This document shows positions 35,093-46,100 of a stretch of DNA of 64,000 nucleotides, piece by piece (the first letter of the stretch is position 1; each line of letters starts with the position of its first letter). The position numbers were made by a program, and so were the translations under genes. Under the pieces are notes generated by a model. That model was not told the origin of the DNA. It worked only from the letters and a program-made list of their open reading frames with translations, and made no database searches. The stretch lies in assembly GCA_043228905.1 (NCBI GenBank), contig JBHGNT010000003.1:19158001-19222000 (forward strand), written 5' to 3'. Origin of the DNA: Azolla caroliniana. Its lineage: Eukaryota; Plantae; Polypodiophyta.

Positions 35093-37347
35093 AAGAATAT
35101 GGGAAGTTACTCAACAATTTATCCAAACGCAAGAGAAAGCACATGCATGTGCCAAATTTTGGGGAAATCTAAAGGGGAAATGTATTGAGAGTTATGGTGA
35201 CTTAACTCTTCATGACTTGTCTATGCATTGTAAGAATTTATATGAGTTATCTCTTGCCGGAAAGATGATGTGTTTTGGTTCTCTTTCACATATGTCTCCC
35301 TTCTTTACAATTGAAGATGTATGCATAGGACTTAAGAAATTGGCCTCTCGAAAGGCAAGCGATCTTCAATGTATAAAAGCTGAAGTGCTCAAATAGACGG
35401 GAAAGGAAGCACATATATGGATATGCGATATGTTAAATGGTGCATTGCAACATGGTATGCCATATGATTGGACTACAAATTGGATCAAACCTTTACATAA
35501 AGGTGGAGATGTAAATAATGTAAACAACTATCGAACCATCATGGTTCGCTCATTAATGGCTAAACTATTTGGATGTATAATGGAATCAAAGATAAGTGTA
35601 TGGGCAGAAAAAAATGGTAAGAGAGGTTATGGACAAGCTGGTTTTCGAAAACACCATAGCATCATTGATTATCTTGTCACTCTTCGAGTATTAATGGAGG
35701 AAAGTCACCTTAAAGGTAAAGGTTTATATTGTTGCTTTGTAGACTTCAAGAAAGCTTGTGATATGGTACCTCGTGAGCATCTTTGGAGGCAGATGGAAGA
35801 GCTTGAGGTGCCAAGTGAATATATGCTTGCAATTTCCCGAATTTATGAGAAGGTTATATGTTGTGTGCGTATGAGAGATAGACTTTCAGATTTTTTCAAT
35901 AGCACTATTGGAGTTAAGCAAGGATGCCCACTCTCACCAACATTATTTGGTCTATGCATTGATGAATTAGAAGAAATGGTTACCAAGTTTGTAAAGGAAG
36001 AATGTGTTGAAGAAGTTTCCATTGGGAATGTTGTGATTATGCTTTTGTTATATGCGGATGATGTAGTGCTTTTTGCAAATACTTCAAGAGATGCACAAAA
36101 GCTTATGAAGGCATTGGAAAAAATTTGCATGCATACTAGATTAAGTGTCAATAGCTCTAAAACAAAGATTATGCTTGTGAACAGTCAAAAAAGAGATAAA
36201 CCATACATTATGTACAACAATGAGCCACTTGAATGTGTGGAAAGTTTCAAATATCTTGGCCTTGAAGTTCCTTCAAATCATAAATGGAATGAATGTGCTA
36301 CACGCTGCTTAGAGGCGGGTAAGCGAGCATATTATGCATTTGAGAACACATGCAATCTTAGATATATTAAGTGTTGGATCCTCAAGAAATATCTTTTTGA
36401 CACTTTGGTGACCTCGGTTCTTCTCTATGGGGTGGAAGTATGGGGCAGTAGCATCCCTAAGTCTACGTGGAAAGAGTTTTAAAATGTCCAAAAACATTTT
36501 CTTACAAAGTTTCTACAAGTTAAGAAACAAACACCCTACACCCTCCTCCTCCTTGAGACGGGATAACTTCCCATTGAGATCATGGCCATGGAAAGGGTTG
36601 TTGAATACATGCTTAAGGTTCAAAAAAGTCCCTCACATCGACTTCCTAGAATTGCATGGGAAGCAAGCAAAAAGATCCAAAAGACTCATAAAAGCAAAAT
36701 TTTGTGTTACGATTAGATGCAAGATTTAGAAAAATGGTTTGGTAGATGGGATGCAAGACACTTGCTTCATGATGCGTCACTAGATTCCTCTATAAGTGAG
36801 GCCTTTTGCAATGCCAATGTATCATGGACATGGGACAAATGTGGTGGCTCACGCTTCACACATTATACTACAAATGTTGCACCTAACTACAAAACCATAT
36901 TCTTCGCGGAACGGGGAAGCCGTACACATCGATACATGTTAGAGCCCATCCCGATATTTGCCATTCGAACCATTGCTTCCATGCGACTTAGCTTGCACGC
37001 ATTGAGATGTGAGACAAGGCGTTGGGGCACAAGTGATGAGAGTGGCCGACTATGCACACTTTGCCCTAAACAAGTTCGAGAGTCTGAGTATCACACTTTG
37101 ATACAATGCTCTGCCTTTGATCATATTCGACCATGCTTTCCACATCTCTTCGATCGAGGCCAATCCTTCCACGAATTTCTCTCACAACCACGATGTGCAC
37201 TCTCAATTGCAACATTCATTGGTAAAGTTCTTGAACATCGAGAGTCGCTACTCACCTTCACATGTATCACATGAAATGTAATATTTTTGGTCTCATAGGT
37301 CATATTTGACCTCCGAAGACAATAATATAATCTATCTATCTATCTCT
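35093..37347 (+). mobile_element. 5'-truncated RTE-type LINE (copy 2); RT and C-terminal zinc-finger pseudogene
   Basis: ORF 35430-36482 with NYRTI, QAGFR, FVDFKKA, GVKQGCPLSPTLF, LLYADD, FKYLG. CCHC at ~37055-37110. (TATC)n tail. Confidence 0.9.
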
Positions 37348-37397
37348 CGGGCGCACACACGTTTCATTTAGGAAGGGTAAGAAATTAATATAGGATG

Positions 37398-37399
<2 letters not shown>

Positions 37400-37456
<57 letters not shown>
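37400..37456. repeat. (TG)n microsatellite
   Basis: Perfect TG run. Confidence 0.95.
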
Positions 37457-37460
<4 letters not shown>

Positions 37461-37495
37461 CTTTTAGTTGAATATTGAACTACCACTAGTTAGAT

Positions 37496-38045
37496 ATGGT
37501 GAAGCTGAAAGAACACCAATAATCAATTTATATGTTATATCACTACTCACTCTAGCAATAGTAGTGTTGATGACTTGTGGAGCTATGAGTGGGGTGGTTA
37601 CACAATCACAAAGAGACCAATTTTTGAAGGCACACAATATGGAGAGGCAGAGATTGGGCTTTCCACTTCTAGTGTGGGACTACACATTGGCGGCCTATGC
37701 CAACGAGTACGTTGCGAGTTAGGATAGACCGACAATTGGTTATTCCAACGTGTTGTGCCATTCTGATGGTCCTTATGGCGAGAATTTGTATTGGTATTGG
37801 ACAGCAAGTGCCCCAACAACACTTGAGCAGGCCCTAGCTGATTGGATCACGGAGAAAAGATACTACAACCACCAAATCAATGTGTGTGCTAGTGGGCATG
37901 ATGTAACCACTATCCCCAAGTACTGAGGGCTAAGACACGTCGTGTCTGATGCGCCACTCATGCGTGCACATCCAACCCCTTGGCAACCTTCATCATTTGC
38001 AATTAGTACCCCTTTGTCAACTATGTTAGGCAATGGCCATACAAA
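37496..38045 (+). pseudogene. PR1: PR-1 / CAP (SCP) domain pseudogene
   Basis: Signal-peptide-like stretch, FLKAHNMERQRLGFPLLVWDYTLAAYA, HSDGPYGENLYW, W..EKRYYN...N.C, NHY.QV, FIICN*YP..N...QWPY. Several stops and frameshifts, intronless. Confidence 0.85.
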
Positions 38046-38262
38046 ATCTTCGTCTCTTTCTTATATATTTCCACTTATAGCTAAAACCTTGTGTTCCTGT
38101 AGCAACATGTAATTTTCCTTCCAAATTTGACAACTCCTTTTAAGAAATAGGTCATTTTGAGTTCCTTCCCATCAAATTCCATTCTAAAACTCTCACTATA
38201 TGAATATAACTCTTTTTAATATTTTGGGGACCTGGCAACAATTATTGAAGAGTTGCCTTGAG

Positions 38263-38376
38263 AATCATTATTGATTTCATAGCTCAAGAGTTGAATTATA
38301 AATCATTATTGATTTCATTACTCAAGAGTTGTATTATAAATCATTATTGATTTCATAACTTGAGAGTTGCACTATA
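38263..38376. repeat. 3 x 38-bp tandem repeat
   Basis: Unit AATCATTATTGATTTCATAGCTCAAGAGTTGAATTATA. Confidence 0.85.
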
Positions 38377-38656
38377 AAGAATTGGGAACTTTGACTGGAG
38401 AGTATCACGGCTAGTAATTACACAATTCCGTTCAATTTTAGTTTTAAATGCTTGGATGATGGTGTGCTCAAAGGTTTTATAGTCTCGACTCTCCATAATA
38501 AACCTCTTCAGTATTTTTGGATATATACTCAAACTAAGATCAATAAACATAACAATTACTCTTGTCGTTAGTAATACGAATACCAAGATTATGTTTTGCA
38601 TTTCCCAATCTTTATCATGTCAAATGTTTGAATTAGATGTTCCCTCAACATGGATC

Positions 38657-39193
38657 TAGCAATTGGCAACGGTTCAGTTCGGTCCGGTTCAGTTCAAGGG
38701 TATGAAACTCAAATTTTTTAAGAAAACTTAAACTTAAACCGAACCAAACCACAAATTCGTTTACACCAAAATTGTTCAAACCAAACCGTTAAAGAAAACC
38801 CAAACTCAAACCAAACAATTTTAGAGATTTTCAAACCGTTGACCATTACACCAGTTTAGTTTTGGTTTTCAAGTGAGATCAAATTTCACCTTTCGATTTT
38901 AAAATTTTAAAATTGTAAATCTTTCAATATTTTAAGTTTTAATTTCTTCCCTAAAATGTCAAAATTAGGCTTTAAATGAAAAGGTTATTCAAAAACTATT
39001 TAAGACAATATTTAAGAAAAAATAATCAAGTGACAATCTTAAACCATTTAAGCTATTTGAACCATGGTTTCAAACCATTTGAACTGAACCGTTAAAGAAA
39101 CCTGAACAGGAAATGAACCGTTTAAACCGTTAAGTCATTAGACCACGGTTTTATGGTTTGGTTTAGTTCAAACCAAATCGTTGCCGATTCTTA
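38657..39193. mobile_element. hAT-type MITE rich in AACCG/CGGTT subterminal repeats
   Basis: Imperfect TIR TAGCAATTGGCAACGG / TCGTTGCCGATTCTTA (12/16). Many GGTTCAGTT/AAACCGAACC motifs. TSD eroded. Confidence 0.6.
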
Positions 39194-39493
39194 AGTAGCT
39201 CATCCTTGTTTTTACTAGCAATGAGCAACCTAATTGCTTTTACTATAACCATGTGACTTCATAAAGGCATCAAAGTTGTAAATTCTTGCAGCAACCACAA
39301 AACTTAACATCCAAATAATCCTTCGAAAGCTCTCTAAACGAGCTTCATAACGAGCCAAGAATCACAAAAGACTGAGTTTTGAGGACAATGTTATATCAGA
39401 AACATGTTTTAACACTATCATTGGAACGTCGTCTCTTTTTTCTCTCTCTCCTCTCTCTTTAATGTAGCCATACAAAATAGTGAACTAAATAGT

Positions 39494-39496
<3 letters not shown>

Positions 39497-39567
<71 letters not shown>
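39497..39567. repeat. Compound (GA)n(GT)n microsatellite
   Basis: Direct reading. Confidence 0.95.
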
Positions 39568-39568
<1 letters not shown>

Positions 39569-39998
39569 ACGCACGTGTGCGGGTGTGCGGGAACTACAAT
39601 GACCACATTATGGAGAGAATGTGGCAAAAGAGAACAATGAGACTAAACTTTGGATACTATAAAAAGCCAAGGTTAAACTTGTTTTAAATAAAAAATATTA
39701 GCTTATCATTCATTATTTGATTGCTTCCAAAAAACCATGCAGTAGAAAGGGAGATAGTATGTGAGTGTAGAAGATTTCTTCTTAGTAACACCATTTTACA
39801 TACCAACGAATGAGAAGCTTTTCAAGAGTGGCATTTGCCTATCCAACTATACCTTCTTCAATGTACAAATTTTCTACTATACAAATTACAGAATGGAACC
39901 TATAAAATTTCTCATGCATATCCTCCAAATTATCATTTCTTCACTTGATTTTTCTTTGGTGGCTTTTTCTATTCTGCTCCAATGTTCATTTTTTATGA

Positions 39999-40148
39999 CT
40001 ATCTTCGTAAATGATCCTTCTTCTTTTGCTCCATTTCCATACTAGCTTGACGAAGCAACTTTTGAAACTCAGGTAGGCTTATCCTCCCATCCTTGTCTAT
40101 GTCAGCTTCATCTAGTACGTTATCAATTGATCCTCTCAACCCTGTATA
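39999..40148 (-). CDS. CPK28: CPK exon 12 (EF-hand 4, stop)
   Basis: YTGLRGSID...[36 protein letters not shown]. Confidence 0.9.
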   Translation of the reverse strand, partial: YTGLRGSIDNVLDEADIDKDGRISLPEFQKLLRQASMEMEQKKKDHLRR

Positions 40149-43100
40149 CTGCAATCACCAGAACATTGACAGAAAAGGTTAATACCATAGAAAAACAGTC
40201 TTTCATAAACAACCTGAGATTCCTTCTCATACATGAAATAATGGAATTGTGTAGAAAATGTGCATATTTCAATCAAATTTGTATAGGAAAAATGATTAGT
40301 CCAATCAGATTCCACTTGGCTTATAAAAATATATCCCACTAGCAAGTTCAAAAAATTGATGCGGCACTTCATTGGTATCTTTTCCCAAACACTGGAAACT
40401 ATCCTAAGCTGAAGCAGCAAAAATATGGTGAAACTTTTTATACGTTTACAGTATAGTGTGTGGTACTAGAATTTAATATACAGCAGTCTTCTTTCATAAT
40501 GCTATTAAATACTAGGGGAACATGGCATGCCACAAGTCATGCAAAGAATATGTCTAGATAATAGTAATATAATGGTTCGTTCATCTCATATTGCATTTCC
40601 TTACCACTCTTACCAATTCTTCAGGGATACCATATCCGTAAGTTATATATGTGAGACTAGAATACAACACAGTATTTATCTTTCTTAATGCTGTTAAATA
40701 TTGGTGCCACATGGCATCCAAAAAGCCATATAAACCATTTGCCTAGAAGATTATAATTTAAGTGTTCTTTCATCCCATCCATGCATTTACTTACCATTCT
40801 TAATTCCTCAGGGGTAATATATCCATCCTTATCTTTATCAAACTTCTCAAAAGCTGCACGAGTCCGTTGGTCCCATTTTTCAGCGTCATGTCCCTCCAAT
40901 TGATGAACATGTAAGGTTGCAGCGACAAACTCTTCAAAATCCACAAGACCGTCCCTATTACTATCCATCTATAAAATTCATAAATACAAAAGAACATTGC
41001 ATATATCAGGGTCCACTAATGAAAATAAAGTGCATCATCACAACTGTTTACAAATGGAAAAGAACATACTGCCTGCAGAATTTCGAGGACTTTCGACTCT
41101 TTCACTTTCCAAGGATGATCTTTAGCAAGTGCCTAAAGACATGGTAAATTAATATGAGAAAAAAATTCACATCAATTGATAAGTTGATCTGGTCTTAGAA
41201 ATAGATGATTAAAGAAGAATGTCCCAATAGTTAGATGAAAAGTTGTCGACTCACAATTGAAACTCATGTCAGTCACTTGATCTTCCAGATCTTGTGAAGC
41301 TTGCGTCCAATACAAAATATTACCTATCTTTTAAGAACCAGACCATACTAAAGCTTTCTTCAGATACGAAAAAGTACATTCTATTTTTTGTATTTACACA
41401 TGGATCTTATAAAGGATTCTCCTAATCTCATAGATCCAATGCATGAGTTTTGGACATACTTCTGTGTCCCAACACGAATGTGGCCACTGACCACATTATT
41501 TTGTGATGCATAGTACTACTTATCATGTATACAATATATATCATGCATCATACCAAATTTACTTCTATTTTATGGCTTTTACAGTTCCGTTTCATACCTT
41601 GTGACAATCAAGAAATCAATGTTTCTGAGCAGTAAGAAACTCTTGTAATAAAACAGTCGCATTTGCTACATTTGTGGGAATAGGTAGTAAATCAAGTCAC
41701 CAGCAGTGATATAATTGCTTCTGAATCCGGAAGAATCAAATTGATTTCAAGATTCAATATATGTTTTCAATAGGAAGCTCAAATGAATGACTCTTTAGCA
41801 TTCAGTTAATTATTCAGAGTGTTTCTGTACATGTCATTGGATTCTCTGTAAAACTGCATGATCTAATGAAGCAGTGGTTGTATATCAGTCATTGGAGTCT
41901 CTGTAATATTGTTTTAGCTAATGAAGCAGTGGTTTTAAAGTCCACAGAAGTGTTATGAATCCATTTTACAAAATACATCATGAGGCTCTGGTTACCAACC
42001 AAGAGCATGCAACAGAAAAACCAATTCATTGGGGTCAATATGTCTGAATATAACAATTTACCAAGAGTATGCAAATTATATTTTCTAAACACACCTGTCT
42101 TATTTCCTCTAGAGTGATAGTCCCATTTTTGTCCATATCTATAGCATTGAATTGATCACGTAAATTGGCAATTTCGTCAGCATCAAGCGTGCTTGCTAAT
42201 GCCTGAACATATGCAAAGATGTTAACTAACTATTAATTTCTACCCCTTTTGTGATGAAAACAAAACTGGAAAAACTCTGAAGGAAAATATGAAACTTTAG
42301 TATAAAAATGGTTAAATAACACATACCACCAGAAGCAAGCAATTACCTTCAAAGCGAGCTGTTTTAAGCAACTGTATTTTACAAATTTCCGCATATTGGA
42401 AAGAACAGAAATATCCAATGGAATATCTGTTGCATCACCACCTTCTCTAACCCATGGATGAGCTGAAATTAGTAAGATCAAAGTTTGTTAGCTTTTCACT
42501 CCAACTCACAATAAAACAAGAATAATAAAACTATGAATTAGGGTAAGTAAATTCAAAGAAGCACATACATAATGCTTGTCCAGCACTCATCCTAACTTGT
42601 GGATCTTTGACTAAAAGTTTCTTTACAAAATCTCTCGCACTAGGACTTATTGATGGCCAGGGTTTTTGCTTAAAGTCAGGCTTCCTTCTCAAAACCTGAG
42701 AAAACACAAGAATAATTGAGAAGTTTGCAGTAGATATAACCATCATTCAAAACATGCTCCCCTACAGAATAACTTGCCTCTTTAAATATTCCATCTTCTG
42801 TCTTATCCCAGAATGGACGCCTTCCACATAATAAAATGTAGGTGATAACACCAATACTCCAAGCATCAGACTGTGGCCCAGATTTTCTTTTCAAAACTTC
42901 TGGGGCAACGTAATATGCACTTCCAACAATATCATTGAACTTTTCACCTAACAATATGTTCCAAACACACACTTTCAGAACTTTTAGTTACCATTCAATT
43001 TACTTCATACAATACAAAATGCTCAAGAAGAAAGTAATCACCAGGCTTGATGTAGTCTGATAAGCCAAAATCAGTCGCCTTCAAGGGTGAATCTTCAGCT

Positions 43101-46100
43101 CGCGACTTGAAGAGGAAGTTCTACAAAAGAATAGTTTGAAAATTATGCAGAATAAAATATGCAAAAGCGTGCAATAATATGAATCTGATCATGATAAGTT
43201 ATACCTATTCATACCTCAGGCTTTAGATCTCGGTGCACAATTCCATGTAGGTGGCAGCGTGCAGCCACATTTAGCATTTGCCTTACAATTACTGCAGCAT
43301 CCTTTTCACTGTATCGTTTGTCTTTCCTGAAAATTTTAAATACTTTTAATACAGATTATGGCAAGACTTTATTATGTTTGAGTGCATCTGGCTAACCATC
43401 CTCACTTATCATATCCCAAATTTAGCATTTGCCTTACAATTACTACTATATCCTTTTGACCATATCGTGTCTTTCCTGAAATTTGAAGTATTTTTAATAC
43501 AGATTATGACAAGACTTTATTATGTTTGGATGCATCTGGCTAACCATCCTCACTTATCATATGCACTTCAAGATACTATACGCATGATAATTAGTAGTTC
43601 AAGATCAAATTCACTTTCTGTTCTATTAGACTCTAGATAAATAATAATCAAGGTTAAAGGCCTTCATCACTAACCCATAACACTACAGAATTAGTTGGAT
43701 GTTATTAGTCCTCACTACTGTTGATGTGAACATATATATTGATGTTGCTAATCGATGCTCTACTATAAGCTCCTATACCTACTCTTCTAGGATGATCACA
43801 ATTTAGAAAAGATGGACCAAAAACATTATGGACAGTACATCGCAATAGAGCAGATCTCCATTTACTTCTTTATATAATTCCCAAAGATATATGACGCATC
43901 TCTTTGTTACTTAGATGTCTTCAAGCATCAGCAGGGAGTTTTATTCCCTTTGCTTTGAAATGTAGTTTGATATGTGTCACAGAATAAGCAAGTTATCTTA
44001 CACGAGTACTTGGAGAAGTTTGTCTAGAGATCGGAGACTTTTTTTGAGGATATATATGCATAACTTACATACATACATAGCTAATCAATAAGCCATTAGA
44101 CAGAAAAAAAAGGATATACTAGCATCCCTAAAACACATAATGGCCTGTGAGATCTCTTCAACACTACCACTACTTATTTTAATTCATTAAAATGCGTAGC
44201 AAAAAAATATGTCATCTATATTTCTAAAACATTAAAGCTTGAATAGATGCAGCCATAGGTGACTCAATCATCGATAGTGATCACGAAAAGTACCTGGCAA
44301 CCAGGATTAGAATTGCCACCCTCTGAAGATCCCCCATCAAGGGGTGATTCCATATGAAAAGGTATGTGGGGCTCCCAAGACATCTCCAATTTTGTGTAGG
44401 ATGTGACAATATTAACATCAGGACAATGGTCCAAATAGACATGTGTGGCATGGTACAACAGAGCAATGACCAGTCATTATAAGACACATTCCCATTTTAA
44501 AAGGGGTGATAGCCATCCATCCAGTGTCAATGGGTATGTCCCCAAAGTATCTTACTGAGCATATCAATCAAATTCATCCACTGAGGTTGGTCTGTATGCC
44601 AGTCCTTCCTCAAATGAACCTCTCCATGTCTCCTTAAAAACTCTAGGCATCCTTGGTCAGTGCACTCCACTCTAAGGGTCCAGATCCTTCGGCGAAGAAA
44701 AATGGCATCTTTCCCTGCTCTATTATACAAGTGCACTAAAAGTGGAAGAGAGAGTGGAAGAGAGATGTCACATTCATACACAAAACGGCATCTTTCTAAG
44801 CATGATTGTATTGCGCTTTTCCATTCAGCAACCTATCAATCACACCAATTATCAGGACATATCTCATAGTGAAGAGTGTAGAAAGAACCAGTCATCAGAC
44901 ATGTGAATATGGATGTAGAGTGTTGGGTGAGAAAATCTCTGTTGCTAATATTAAATAATGGAAGCAACTTTTGCGGCAAAGTTATCCATCCCTCTTCACT
45001 GGATACTTTGCAGCTTTATCTAAACGCTTTTCCATTGAAAGAACAATTGTTGGTTAATGTTGCCTCTCTAATGTAGGCAGAATGGTAGTGTCTAGGATAC
45101 TGCCATCAGCAGCATGCTTATGTAGCTATACAAGCCATAGTCGTGACCCAATATTCTACATCAGCCGATGACTGTCCAAGGCAAAGAAGAACTATTCAGT
45201 TACGGTCCAAGAGGTGCTCGGGATGATTTACAGTCTGCCCAAGTCTCATCATTATCTCCTAAGACAAAAGAATGTGTTATTAGGCCCTCTTGGACTGTTA
45301 ATGGTACCTAGGAGATAATGGCGAGCCCGGTATTAGTGGTAACTGGTAACTAAAGCTTTGTAATTAGGCAACCTCATCCGATGGATGTTGAACCATGGTT
45401 TTAGTGATCAGTCTTTAGTGACCTTCAAAGCGAGGGAAGCACTTGTGATGGCTGGAGATAATGGCCTTTACGCAAGAACGTAGTCTACACAAGGCCATGC
45501 CCTACCTGCATGAAAAATTGGTTTTGCTTGATCTATTATAACCCCTTTACCATGTCCTGATCTGGATCCCACTTGTGTAGGCTTGATTGACTTGTAACAT
45601 GAATAGGAATGATGGGGCTAAATGAAGTTGTGATTGCTCTTTACTGAAGAGGTTTGAGTTTGTATTTTTGTATTGTTGTCCCTCGTAGTGGCAAACATAG
45701 TGTTCTTCCGATTCCACTCCTTGATGACACAATTGACAAACTCTTTCTTCCAGAGGTGTGCATGTATATCTTCTTACCTCAATCTCTAAGTGATCTGAAG
45801 AAGTTCACCACTGCCTTTTCACACTCGCAACCTATGTGACAGATGTATATCCATATAAGAGGGCCCAATGATAAATCTACCCTCAGATGTGTGCAAAAGG
45901 CGGGCCTTAAAGAGGAGCATCTTCCTACCAAGAGATGTTGTGGGGCTGATTCATGTTCTTTTTTTATCTAATTTGATAATATTGGTTAGGATTAGGTCAC
46001 TCTATTCTTTTCCTTTTTGATCATGTTCAGATGGGGACAATCCAAGCCATATTGGAATAGGGATAATGAATTTATTATTCTGCATGTTATTCAAACCATT

